Positions 23,346 through 32,000 are shown, numbered from the stretch's first letter. The stretch: 32,000 bases of DNA from Microcystis aeruginosa NIES-843 (GCF_000010625.1 NC_010296.1:330001-362000), one strand, 5' to 3'. The notes: generated by a model from the letters alone, not told the origin. Numbers and translations are program-made.

Positions 23346-23996
23346 CTACCAATCCCGTTCTAATTCTTCGGCTACACGACGATAATCAGCGCTGGCTTCT
23401 TGGGCATTTTTACCGCGCCAATTGGTAATAGCTACCCCGTCTAAAACGGCTTTTTCGTGGGCCTTATAATTTCTGACAAAAGCATGACAGGCGGGAATAC
23501 CTAATTCTAATAGAGTATTTTGTGCTTCTAAAGTTTCCTTAAGACTACGAGAATCCACTTTTGTTAATAAAACCCGATAGGCAATTCCTAGGGGTTTAAC
23601 TGCTGTGCGTACCGTGTCAATTAAAGCCATTAAATCCATCGGTGCGGGAGGAGTCGGTAAAATTAAATAATCCGATTCTGCTATTACTGCCGTAAGTAAT
23701 TCGGAACGCAAAGCTGGTGGTGTGTCAATCACGATCAGATCGTACTCGATAATTTGACGCAATTCTCCTAATTTCTCTGTATTAATTTGCTTGGCTAAAT
23801 CAAATACCATACCCGCTTGATTTCTTTCTACCCACCAAGTGGAGGAACCCTGCGGATCCGCATCCACCAGCAAAACACGCTGATTCTGCCCCCAAATTGC
23901 CGCTAAATTGACCGCAGTGGTGGTTTTACCCACACCACCTTTACCATTGACAACAGCGAGGATTTTTGGGCTATTAGGCTTTAATTGCGAGGTCAT
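23346..23996 (-). CDS. ParA/Soj-family ATPase, orphan with no adjacent ParB-like gene
   Basis: The deviant Walker [11 protein letters not shown] is followed by [11 protein letters not shown] and LIVIDTPP. Confidence 0.9.
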   Translation of the reverse strand: MTSQLKPNSPKILAVVNGKGGVGKTTTAVNLAAIWGQNQRVLLVDADPQGSSTWWVERNQAGMVFDLAKQINTEKLGELRQIIEYDLIVIDTPPALRSELLTAVIAESDYLILPTPPAPMDLMALIDTVRTAVKPLGIAYRVLLTKVDSRSLKETLEAQNTLLELGIPACHAFVRNYKAHEKAVLDGVAITNWRGKNAQEASADYRRVAEELERDW

Positions 23997-24027
23997 TTTC
24001 AGTTATCAGTTATCAGTTATCAGTTAA
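23997..24027. repeat. Heptamer array (cagttat)n, left part, split by a MITE
   Basis: The sequence ttcagttatcagttatcagttatcagtta continues in register after the MITE at 24165. Confidence 0.85.
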
Positions 24028-24164
24028 GTAAGTAGGCGTTAAAAGTTATCAGATGCCCCTCTTATTAAGGGGGGATCCCCCCGCCTACCGGCACCCCCCT
24101 TATCAAGGGGGGCAGGGGGGATCGAACCTAAAATCTATCTTCAATTTAATTATAACCAGCTACT
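24028..24164. mobile_element. 137-bp MITE with a TA target-site duplication
   Basis: agtaagtaggcgttaaaagtt...ataaccagctact has imperfect terminal inverted repeats (agtaRgtagg / agtagctgg). Internal G/C-run hairpins are ccctcttattaagggg and ccccttatcaagggg. TA lies at 24026-27 and 24165-66. Removing the element and one TA restores the heptamer register. Confidence 0.8.
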
Positions 24165-24321
24165 TATCAGTTATCAGTTATCAGTTACCAGTTATCAGTT
24201 ATCAGTTACCAGTTATCAGATTTGAGTTTTAAGTTCACTGTTTACTGTTTACTGATCACTGTTTACTGATCACTGAAAAAAAGCTCCCCACTGATTACTG
24301 TTTACTGATCACTGATCACTG
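24165..24321. repeat. Heptamer arrays in both orientations, filling the gatB-parA spacer
   Basis: 24165-24220 holds tatcagttatcagttatcagttaccag.... 24236-24275 and 24289-24321 hold cactgtttactgtttactgatcactg..., the complementary orientation. Confidence 0.85.
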
Positions 24322-24328
24322 AATATAA

Positions 24329-25801
24329 CTAACCAGAAAGTTTTTGATCTAAGATTTGGCTAGTTAATTTAGGATCGGCTTTACCGCCGCTTTTTTTCAT
24401 GACTTGACCGACAAAAAATCCCTTAAGATTGGTTTTACCCGCCCGGAATTTTTCTAACTCGCTTGGATGGGAGGCGATAATTTCCTCGATCAGTTTTTTG
24501 ATTGCAGAAGTGTCAGAAATTTGTATTAATCCTTTCTTTTCCACCAGTGTTTTTGGTGAACCGCCTTCGGTGAGAAGTTCCGGTAAAATTTCCTTAGCAA
24601 TTTTGCCACTAATTGTTCCCATTTCAATCAGTTTAACTAATTCGGCTAAGTCTGATGCTTGCAGGGCAATTTCTGTGATCGTCAGCTTATTATTATTCAA
24701 ATAAGCGGCGATATCTTGACTGATCCAGTTAGCGACTAATTTCGCATTAGCCCCGGCAATTACGGCAGTTTCAAAATATTCGGCCACGGTGCGATCATCG
24801 GTTAAAACCCTGGCATCGTAGGCGGAAAGACCAAATTCTTCTTCATAACGACGACGTTTACGCGCGGGTAATTCCGGTAATTCTTCCGCCCAAGCTTTTA
24901 ACTGTTCGGGGGAGACTTCTAGGGGGGGTAAGTCCGGTTCGGGAAAATAGCGATAATCGCTAGAACCTTCTTTTTTCCGCATACTAATCGTCCGTTGACT
25001 AGCTTCTTCCCAAAGACGGGTTTCCTGTACGATCAATTCGCCATTTTTGATCGCTTCAATTTGTCGATCAATCTCGTATTCTATGGCTTTTTGGATAGCA
25101 CTAAAGGAGTTCATATTTTTAATTTCTACCTTAGTCCCGAACTTTTCAGTGCCTTTTTTGCGAACAGAAATATTGACATCGCAGCGTAGGGAACCTTCCT
25201 GCATATTACCGTCACTGATGCCGAGATAACGCACTAAACGCCGTAATTCTTGGGCATATTCCGCCGCTTCGGCCCCGGTGCGTAAATCTGGTTCCGAGAC
25301 AATTTCCAATAATGGTACACCTGTACGATTAAAATCGACGAGGGAATGGGTGGAACCGGAGAGACGTTCGCTGCCAGCATGAACCAGTTTTCCTGCGTCT
25401 TCTTCCATGTGCAGACGGGTAATGCCGATAATTTTGCGGCTAACTTCCTTAGTTTTTTTATCGACGATCTCGATTTCTAGTTGACCCTGTTCGACAATAG
25501 GGAGATCATACTGGGAAATTTGATAATTTTTCGGCAGGTCGGGATAAAAATACTGTTTGCGATCAAATTTGCTATGAGGTGTAATCTTACCATCGATAGC
25601 TAATCCCAGTTTAACGGCACTAGCCAGGACTTCTTGGTTAAGGACGGGTAATACCCCCGGATAACCCAAACAGACGGGACAGACGTTAGTATTGGGGGGA
25701 CTATCGAAGTTGGTGGGACAGGAACAAAATATCTTGCTTCTGGTGTTCAGTTGACAGTGGGTTTCTAAACCGATAATTGCTTCGTATTCAGTGGCAGACA
25801 T
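24329..25801 (-). CDS. gatB: Asp-tRNA(Asn)/Glu-tRNA(Gln) amidotransferase subunit B
   Basis: 490 aa. YEAIIGLETHCQLNTRSKIFCSC...CPVCLGYPGVLPVLN and the C-terminal GatB_Yqey-like tail. Confidence 0.97.
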   Translation of the reverse strand: MSATEYEAIIGLETHCQLNTRSKIFCSCPTNFDSPPNTNVCPVCLGYPGVLPVLNQEVLASAVKLGLAIDGKITPHSKFDRKQYFYPDLPKNYQISQYDLPIVEQGQLEIEIVDKKTKEVSRKIIGITRLHMEEDAGKLVHAGSERLSGSTHSLVDFNRTGVPLLEIVSEPDLRTGAEAAEYAQELRRLVRYLGISDGNMQEGSLRCDVNISVRKKGTEKFGTKVEIKNMNSFSAIQKAIEYEIDRQIEAIKNGELIVQETRLWEEASQRTISMRKKEGSSDYRYFPEPDLPPLEVSPEQLKAWAEELPELPARKRRRYEEEFGLSAYDARVLTDDRTVAEYFETAVIAGANAKLVANWISQDIAAYLNNNKLTITEIALQASDLAELVKLIEMGTISGKIAKEILPELLTEGGSPKTLVEKKGLIQISDTSAIKKLIEEIIASHPSELEKFRAGKTNLKGFFVGQVMKKSGGKADPKLTSQILDQKLSG

Positions 25802-26243
25802 ATTTTCTCGCTCTCGCCGACACAGGAATGATCTGTTTAATCATTATAGTCGCGATTCTGGAGCATTCCCTCCCTTCATAAAACTTAATACTGTAGTTAC
25901 TAATAACTCTATGCACCTTTAATATAGCTTAAAAAAGATAATTTATTCAGCCAATGTACGCCATTATTTTAAATTTTATCAAAGGCATAAGACAGGGAAG
26001 CTTATCGATAATTTTTCACCGATAAACCTAGCTTTTTTAGTATCGACCACCGACCACCGAAAACCAAAACTTCCCACCTCACCGTTAAGATAACCGCCAT
26101 AAATCGTAGCAAAAATTAACTTCTAGAGACGGGATATTTGCTTAGTATAGAAACAGAGAGATTATACCTAAGAACTGACCCCATAACCAGCCAAAAGCAA
26201 TATAAGCGGCGAAAGTGATCATTTTCTAGGCAAATATTGCCTT

Positions 26244-26373
26244 AGTAAGTAGGTGGGTGTTAAAAATTGTCAGATACCTCCCTTATTAAGGGGGGATCGG
26301 CACCCCCCTTATCAAGGGGGGCAGGGGGGATCAAGGACAAAATCTATCTTCAATTTAATTGAAACCACTTACT
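26244..26373. mobile_element. MITE copy, first of a head-to-tail pair
   Basis: (a)gtaagtaggtgggtgttaaaaattgtcag...gaaaccacttact belongs to the same family as 24028-24164. It shares the TA at 26374-75 with the next copy. Confidence 0.75.
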
Positions 26374-26375
26374 TA

Positions 26376-26491
26376 AGTAGGTAGGCGTTAAAAGTTGTCA
26401 GATCCCCCCGCCTATCGGCACCCCCCTTATCAAGGGGGGCAGGGGGGATCGAACCTAAAATCTATCTTCAATTTAATTGAAACCACTTACT
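26376..26491. mobile_element. MITE copy, second of the pair and a shorter variant lacking one internal hairpin
   Basis: agtaggtaggcgttaaaagttgtcagatccccccgcctatcggcaccccccttatcaagggggg...gaaaccacttact, followed by TA at 26492-93. Confidence 0.75.
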
Positions 26492-26523
26492 TAATTGACG
26501 ATTTTTACTTTTTACTTAATTTT

Positions 26524-28053
26524 ATGTCTTTAACTCTCTCAGAACAACTCAAACGAGAACAATTATCCTATCCCCAAACTCTCCTCCATCATCTGCAAAG
26601 GTTACGGCATTTTGTGACAGTGGAAGGAGAGGAGAAATTGCAGCAGTGGAAAAACCTCATTGAAAAGGAGAATTTTCAACCTAGCACCCGTAATTTAGCC
26701 TATTATCTCGCCCTGAGACAAGAAGATATCCGGGATTTACAATTAGCTTTAATGCCCTGGGGATTATCTTCCCTAGGCCGGATTGAATCGAAAGTTTTAC
26801 CGACTCTCGATGCGGTAATTGCCACTTTAGGGGCGGTTTGTCATCAAGAAGCCTCATTATTACCCAAACATCCCCCTTTAGAGGCATTTTTCCAAGGAGA
26901 TCAACTTTTAGCTTCCCATAGCGCGGAAGTTTTCGGTCTGCCTTCCCCCCGGCGTCGGGTGCGAATTATGGTGACAATGCCGACGGAGGCGGCAACCGAC
27001 CCCGATTTTATCGCTCAATTACTGCGTTGCGGGATGGACTGTATTCGCATTAATTGCGCCCATGATGGCCCGAAAGAGTGGCAGGGAATGATCGAAAATC
27101 TGCGCGAGGCGGTCAAAAATCCCGAAAATTTAGTCAATGGACATACCTGTAAGGTTTATATGGACTTAGCTGGCCCAAAAATCCGTTTAGAAGAGATTTT
27201 AGCCCCCCAGTCCCAAACCAGACTATATCAAGGGGATTTTCTCCTCTTAACCACCCAACCCCCCCACACTGCCCATCCTCAGTATTTTCAGGCTAATTGT
27301 TCCCAACCGGAAATTATTCCCCAAATTCCCGTCGGGGCGAAAGTTTGGATTGATGATGGTCATATCGGGGCTGAAGTTATTGCCATAATGCCAGAAGGTC
27401 TTTTACTAAAAATTACCCACGCTAGGGAGAAAGGGGAAAAACTCAAAGCAGATAAAGGCTTAAATTTCCCCGATACGGTCTTAAATATCGATCCTTTGAC
27501 CGCAAAAGACCGGCAAGATTTAGATTTTATTGCCGAAAATGCCGATATTATCGGTTACTCTTTTGTGCAAAAAGCCAGCGATATCGAGACACTACAGCTA
27601 GAGTTACAAAGTCGTTTGGGGGATGCTTGGCGACAAAAAGCAATCGTGGCCAAAATAGAAACACCTTTAGCCGTGAAAAATCTTCCCGAATTAATCATCC
27701 ATGCCGCCGGTAAACAACCTTTTGGGGTAATGATTGCCCGGGGTGATTTGGCCGTAGAAATTGGCTATCAAAGACTAGCAGAAATTCAAGAGGAAATTCT
27801 CTGGTTATGCGAAGCGGCCCATATTCCGGTCATTTGGGCTACCCAAGTCCTAGAAAATCTGGTCAAGAAAAGTATTCCCTCCCGGGCCGAGATTACCGAT
27901 GCCGCTATGGCCGAAAGAGCCGAATGTGTCATGCTTAATAAGGGGGAATATATCCGTGAAGCGGTGACAATTCTCGATGATGTTTTACAAAGAATGCAGA
28001 GCCACCAAGCTAAAAAAACGCCCCAATTACGCGCCCTCCATTCTTGGGTTTAA
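26524..28053 (+). CDS. Atypical pyruvate-kinase-family protein: barrel and B domain only, with an N-terminal extension
   Basis: PK motifs are RINCAHDG, DLAGPKIR, AKIETP, MIARGDLAVEIG, ATQVLENL and PSRAEITDAAMA. The track ORF start at 26395 lies inside a MITE, so I use ATG 26524 (MSLTLSEQ...). Confidence 0.75.
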   Translation: MSLTLSEQLKREQLSYPQTLLHHLQRLRHFVTVEGEEKLQQWKNLIEKENFQPSTRNLAYYLALRQEDIRDLQLALMPWGLSSLGRIESKVLPTLDAVIATLGAVCHQEASLLPKHPPLEAFFQGDQLLASHSAEVFGLPSPRRRVRIMVTMPTEAATDPDFIAQLLRCGMDCIRINCAHDGPKEWQGMIENLREAVKNPENLVNGHTCKVYMDLAGPKIRLEEILAPQSQTRLYQGDFLLLTTQPPHTAHPQYFQANCSQPEIIPQIPVGAKVWIDDGHIGAEVIAIMPEGLLLKITHAREKGEKLKADKGLNFPDTVLNIDPLTAKDRQDLDFIAENADIIGYSFVQKASDIETLQLELQSRLGDAWRQKAIVAKIETPLAVKNLPELIIHAAGKQPFGVMIARGDLAVEIGYQRLAEIQEEILWLCEAAHIPVIWATQVLENLVKKSIPSRAEITDAAMAERAECVMLNKGEYIREAVTILDDVLQRMQSHQAKKTPQLRALHSWV

Positions 28054-28054
28054 G

Positions 28055-28079
28055 CAGTTTCAGTTATCAGTTATCAGTC
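28055..28079. repeat. Short heptamer array
   Basis: cagtttcagttatcagttatcagtc lies directly after the pyruvate-kinase-like stop codon. Confidence 0.7.
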
Positions 28080-28154
28080 GGAACTGTGTGCTGATGGGAA
28101 GTGAGGGAGTGAGCAGTTAATCGTACTATACAAAAGCGGATTTGGGAGTAGCGG

Positions 28155-28841
28155 TTAAGAAAGGCTATTCTTGATTTGATCAAGAATAGTCTCGGGATCG
28201 CGGATAAGTAGATGAGTGTCTTTAAACTTCTCGAAATCCCAATAGCTAAGACGACTAATTTTCTCCAAAGAATCCCAAGTCGGGATAAAATCCTTTCGGG
28301 TTTCCAACCAGAGTACAGTTTGTCCGTGACCGGGAAAAGTCGCATAACTGAATTGAGGGAAAAAATCATGGATAGCGAAAATGACCTTATAGACATCCCC
28401 CATCCAGCTTGGGTCCTTAATCTTAAGCAATTTTCTTAATATGCGAAAGAGCCGGAAATTAGGAAGAGAGGCAAACCAACTAATCGGACAGGTATCATCA
28501 ATAAGCCAGATAGTGCGGGAATGAGAGTATCGTAAAGAATTACAAAAGTCTCTAAACGTTTGCTCGAAAGTGTGTAATCCATCTAAGTATATCAGATCGA
28601 ATTCACCGTGTTGGGGAGCAAGAGTGGAGAAAAAAGAATCGCTCGTTATTTCATAAAAAATTGAGTTTTCATTGGCGTATTTTTTATGAACATCGTCCTT
28701 AAAACAGGGATCTACAGCTATTTTTTGGGGAACCTTAACCCGAATAAAAGTCCCCCCAGAGCTAACTCCAATTTCCAAATATTTAGAGGCGGAGTTAATA
28801 TCTGCTAATGCGTTTAGTCTTTCAAATCTACGTTTAAGCAT
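28155..28841 (-). CDS. Class I SAM-dependent methyltransferase (Methyltransf_24/CmcI-like pattern)
   Basis: The motif-I-like segment is YLEIGVSSGGTF. The later IYLDGLHTFEQTFRDF pattern is typical of this subgroup. Confidence 0.65.
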   Translation of the reverse strand: MLKRRFERLNALADINSASKYLEIGVSSGGTFIRVKVPQKIAVDPCFKDDVHKKYANENSIFYEITSDSFFSTLAPQHGEFDLIYLDGLHTFEQTFRDFCNSLRYSHSRTIWLIDDTCPISWFASLPNFRLFRILRKLLKIKDPSWMGDVYKVIFAIHDFFPQFSYATFPGHGQTVLWLETRKDFIPTWDSLEKISRLSYWDFEKFKDTHLLIRDPETILDQIKNSLS

Positions 28842-29319
28842 TGTTTTCCTTTTATGATGGTGAATTTAAGGGTATTCTGACAGTTATGATCGGACAAAAC
28901 ATATTTGTAAATCAACATTATTACTGGCATAATATAGCGCTTTTCACGTTACTGAGGTATCGACAAGTTTTGCCAACAAAGGGTTTAAGCCCCTTGCCCA
29001 TGCCTCATTCTGATGAAAACTGCTATAACATCTTCTCTTGGTATCGACAGAGGATTTACCCATAACTATAGAGTTTACCAGTATCATGGGGTATGCTCAC
29101 TTAACCCTTTTGTTCCCCTCCCCAAAACCTAAGGTATTGTACCTCATCAGCAGGGAAATTGCTAGGAATTCATGGAATGGATGATAGGCCATATTGAAAT
29201 TGCCAAGTTATGAGAATAACGACTAGCGACATTATCATACAACAAAAGCTAGAAATGTCAAATCTCGCTTTAACATCTGTCCTCAAAGGGACTTGGTGAC
29301 ATCCAGTGTCAGAAGCAGA

Positions 29320-29523
29320 TTAACGCATATTATTGACCGCACCACTAACCAAACCAGCGCTAACATAGCGACCATAACCATCAAGACGGTTTTGTTGAGC
29401 GATTCGAGAGGGATTATTGACGAGATCGGCAACTCCCACACCCATCATCACCACGGAGATAACTGCGATTAAGTAGTTACGGACAAAAGTTTGATTTTGG
29501 TGGTTGGCTAACATGGTTGTCAC
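29320..29523 (-). CDS. Hypothetical small membrane protein
   Basis: 67 aa with one hydrophobic helix (YLIAVISVVMMGVGVADLV). No recognisable family and no strong RBS were seen. Confidence 0.25.
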   Translation of the reverse strand: MTTMLANHQNQTFVRNYLIAVISVVMMGVGVADLVNNPSRIAQQNRLDGYGRYVSAGLVSGAVNNMR

Positions 29524-29750
29524 CTCTCTTTCCTGTCGATAACCTTAGAATACGAGAGGGTTTGGGGTGATGTCAGTCCCATAATTCCGGGTGACAGAAG
29601 TGGAAAAAAGTGGAATCCACAGACAAGCTATGATTTTTTGTCGATTAGAATCGGTAGATAGGGAATCGGGAACAGGAAAAGGGCAATATTCGTCATTAAT
29701 CTGGTTAAATAATCAGTAAATTGCCTAAAAACTCAGATATTCTCCAGAAT

Positions 29751-30326
29751 ATGACCTTAGAAACCGCGATTATGACCATAAAATTTTTCTGGCCTTTAGT
29801 TTTAGGATTATCTATTGTTATTATTGACAATGGGCAATATTTGAGAGCAGAAACGGTAACTTTGAGCGCCAGTCAACGGCAACAACTGCGATCGCTAGAT
29901 GCTAAGATTATTTTACCTAACTATATTCCTCCCGGATTTCGGGCCAGCGAGATTAAAATCCTCGCAGAAGAGGGGAATGGATACGCAGTCCTCTTTGAAA
30001 ATGCCGAGAATAGCTGTTTTTTGGTGGAAGGAATCGAAAACGCCAGGGGCGATGATGGTTTAGAATTAGAGGGAACCCTGGCGCTCAATTCCCCACTATT
30101 TGGAGAAGGATACTGGCTCAATTATGGTACACCCAAAGACTCGGAATTAAGGCAACAATTCCCCGAACCCGATTTGTATTCCGATTGGATGAAAATGGGA
30201 GAATATTTTTATCGTCTCAGTGGGGCATTAATTGCCCGGGAGGAGTATGATTATCCTAATTGCCGTCAAGATATTTCCCCATCGGAAGCGGTTAAAATAA
30301 TCGAATCTTTCGGAGATAACAATTAA
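29751..30326 (+). CDS. Hypothetical exported or membrane-anchored protein
   Basis: The track ORF starts at TTG 29721. ATG 29751 or 29772 precedes the hydrophobic segment IKFFWPLVLGLSIVII. Its stop codon lies 1 nt before the start of the next gene. Confidence 0.45.
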   Translation: MTLETAIMTIKFFWPLVLGLSIVIIDNGQYLRAETVTLSASQRQQLRSLDAKIILPNYIPPGFRASEIKILAEEGNGYAVLFENAENSCFLVEGIENARGDDGLELEGTLALNSPLFGEGYWLNYGTPKDSELRQQFPEPDLYSDWMKMGEYFYRLSGALIAREEYDYPNCRQDISPSEAVKIIESFGDNN

Positions 30327-30327
30327 A

Positions 30328-32000
30328 TTGAATTTATCTACAGTCATTTCTGATCTACAACAAAGAAGCAAGGAGCGGTTAGCTTGGTCTGATTTTTGCT
30401 GGTTAGGATTAGTAATAATTTTGGGACTGGTTATTAGGTTAACACAATTAACTAGCAAACCTCCCTGGACGGATGAATTTGCCACTATGGTTTTTAGTAT
30501 TGGCAATAATTACCAGATAGTGCCGTTAAATCAAATAATTTCCCTAGACACTTTATTAGCACCTCTTCAGAGCAACCATCAGGCAACTATTGCCGATGTA
30601 ATTAAATTAGTTATTCAGGAGGACAATCATCCACCTTTATATTTTATTTTCGCCTATCTCTGGAATAAATTATTCTTTGATCGGGGAGAATATGTGTCTT
30701 TAGAAGGAATGCGATTGCTGGCAGTTTTTTGGGGAGTTATTTCGATTCCTTTAATTTATTTTATCAGTAAATTGGTCTTTAAATCCGGCTTGATCGCTTT
30801 TCTGTCGGCGATTTTAATGGCGGTTTCTCCCTATGCGGTTTTTATCTCCCAAGAAGCGCGTCATTATACTTTAGCGGTTGTATTTGTCCTCATATCTTTA
30901 GGCTGTTTTCTTAGGGCAAGCAGCAAAATTATCGACCATAAGAGAATATCCCATACTTTGGTTTTTTTCTGGTTAATTGTCAACTGTCTAGGGTTATTAG
31001 TCCACTATTTTTTTAGTTTAACTATCCTAGCGGAAGCAATAACTTTATTATTGATTTTATTCAAGCAAATCCAACAAAAAAACTTTTGGATAACTAATTG
31101 GTGGCGTTTAAGTTTAGTTTTTTTAGGTAACTTGAGCTTTATTATTATTTGGTTTATCAGCTTTGTACCCAAAGATTATGGCAATCAGATGACTGGTTGG
31201 ATTCAGAGAGACAATGATAGTTTTTTAGCAGTAATTAGCCCCTTTTTTCAATTGCTGGGAACATTAATCACCATGCTTTCCCTGCTCCCCGTTGAATCAG
31301 AATCTTTAATAATTATCTTGATTTCTGGCGCAATAATGATCGGGTTTTTTCTCTGGATTATCCCACAATTAAAAACAGCGTGGCTAGACTCCTATAAATC
31401 AGAATTAGGCATTCTCTCGGCATTTTTTCTCAGTTCAATTGCTATTTTCTTTGTCATCACTTATCTGCTTTTGATCGATATTACCCGGGGAGCTAGATAT
31501 AGTTTTGTTTACTTTCCCTCGGTAATTTTAATTCTAGCAATTTTATTAGACAATTGTTGGCAAAGGAAGCAGAAAAGAATAGTAATTATTGTCATTATCA
31601 TGGCTTTAGTTAGTTCCCTAAGTGTGACTTTTAATTTAGGCTATCGTAAGTATTATCGCCCAGATAAATTAGTTACCACTATCGAAAATAATAGCCGTTA
31701 TCCGTTAGTAATTGCCACTAGCTATAGGAGTTTGGTGCAGGTGGGAGAAATGATGGGAATTGCTTGGGAATTTAACCAAAAATTTCCCGATAAAAACCCT
31801 AAGTTTATCTTAGTTAACCCAGAACAAAAGCCAAATTTTAATCTGTCATCTTCTCTTGCTTTTGAATTATGGTTAATTAATTTCCATTCTTCAATAGATT
31901 TATCGGACTGTCAACCTTCAGAGTTATCCTCCAATTATGTAACAGGTTATGAATATCAAAAGTTTCTCTGTGGGCGATCGATGGATTATAATAGTAAAGT
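30328..32000 (+). CDS. Polytopic GT-C-type glycosyltransferase-like membrane protein (GT39/ArnT-like), 3' partial
   Basis: The frame is open from 30301 to the window end, so it is absent from the ORF track. TTG 30328 is preceded by GGAGA at 30312-16. Features are the TM1 loop PPWTDEFAT, NHPPLYFIF, ten or more hydrophobic helices, and AVSPYAVFISQEARHYTL. Confidence 0.55.
   Translation, partial: MNLSTVISDLQQRSKERLAWSDFCWLGLVIILGLVIRLTQLTSKPPWTDEFATMVFSIGNNYQIVPLNQIISLDTLLAPLQSNHQATIADVIKLVIQEDNHPPLYFIFAYLWNKLFFDRGEYVSLEGMRLLAVFWGVISIPLIYFISKLVFKSGLIAFLSAILMAVSPYAVFISQEARHYTLAVVFVLISLGCFLRASSKIIDHKRISHTLVFFWLIVNCLGLLVHYFFSLTILAEAITLLLILFKQIQQKNFWITNWWRLSLVFLGNLSFIIIWFISFVPKDYGNQMTGWIQRDNDSFLAVISPFFQLLGTLITMLSLLPVESESLIIILISGAIMIGFFLWIIPQLKTAWLDSYKSELGILSAFFLSSIAIFFVITYLLLIDITRGARYSFVYFPSVILILAILLDNCWQRKQKRIVIIVIIMALVSSLSVTFNLGYRKYYRPDKLVTTIENNSRYPLVIATSYRSLVQVGEMMGIAWEFNQKFPDKNPKFILVNPEQKPNFNLSSSLAFELWLINFHSSIDLSDCQPSELSSNYVTGYEYQKFLCGRSMDYNSK

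Noticed and set aside
23997-24328. Short direct repeats that could be mistaken for a CRISPR array
   Set aside because: The units are 7 bp and contiguous with no spacers. These are heptamer microsatellite (STRR-like) arrays.
26142-26222. 26-codon minus-strand micro-ORF MITFAAYIAFGWLWGQFLGIISLFLY, which resembles a single-TM micropeptide such as small photosystem or cytochrome b6f subunits
   Set aside because: There is no convincing Shine-Dalgarno sequence. I could match it to no known small-subunit family (PetL/PetN/PsbM etc.) from memory. Hydrophobic short ORFs arise easily in AT-rich spacers. It is worth a tBLASTN search but is not supportable here.
26395-26523. N-terminal 43 codons of track ORF 26395-28053 (MSDPPAYRHPPYQGGQGGSNLKS...)
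   Set aside because: This stretch is the translation of a MITE copy (26376-26491). The conserved protein begins at ATG 26524.
28842-29319. 478-bp gene-free region, plus 29524-29750, examined for tRNA, riboswitch or sRNA signatures
   Set aside because: I found only weak features: a 10-bp direct repeat ggtatcgaca about 80 bp apart and a 5-bp stem at aaggg/ccctt. There is no tRNA-like T-arm and no recognisable riboswitch core. The track ORF 28841-29065 has no support.

Overview
The window looks like a cyanobacterial chromosome segment. GCGATCGC (HIP1) sites, heptamer tandem repeats, dense REP/MITE-like repeats and an FtsH3-type ftsH suggest Microcystis or a close relative. This placement is inference, since no database search was possible.

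There are three blocks.

(1) 1-5427 is an accessory island of four small two-gene toxin-antitoxin-type cassettes: DUF4160/DUF2442, MntA/HepT, a Tse2-like ADP-ribosyltransferase with an acidic partner, and HicA/HicB. A recurring composite repeat module separates the cassettes. One module carries a nested insertion, an ISAs1-family IS inside a MITE inside the module.

(2) 5428-14494 is a tightly packed four-gene minus-strand operon. It encodes a divergent sigma70-like protein, a DUF1822-like protein, a membrane protein with a cytoplasmic caspase/CHAT-like domain and an extracytoplasmic CHASE2 domain, and a 1379-aa exported protein with two trypsin-like protease domains plus about two dozen TPRs. 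I consider this the most interesting candidate for an uncharacterised system, possibly trans-envelope proteolytic signalling.

(3) 14768-32000 is mostly housekeeping or ordinary genes:
- ftsH, miaA and gatB
- a DUF2079 membrane protein, a family-3 solute-binding protein and an AI-2E transporter
- a J-domain/pentapeptide-repeat protein, an orphan ParA and an atypical pyruvate-kinase-like protein
- a methyltransferase and a partial GT-C-like glycosyltransferase

This block is interspersed with MITE copies that have TA target duplications, heptamer (STRR-like) arrays and palindromic elements. I saw no rRNA, tRNA or CRISPR. All domain calls come from motif recognition by eye, not from searches.
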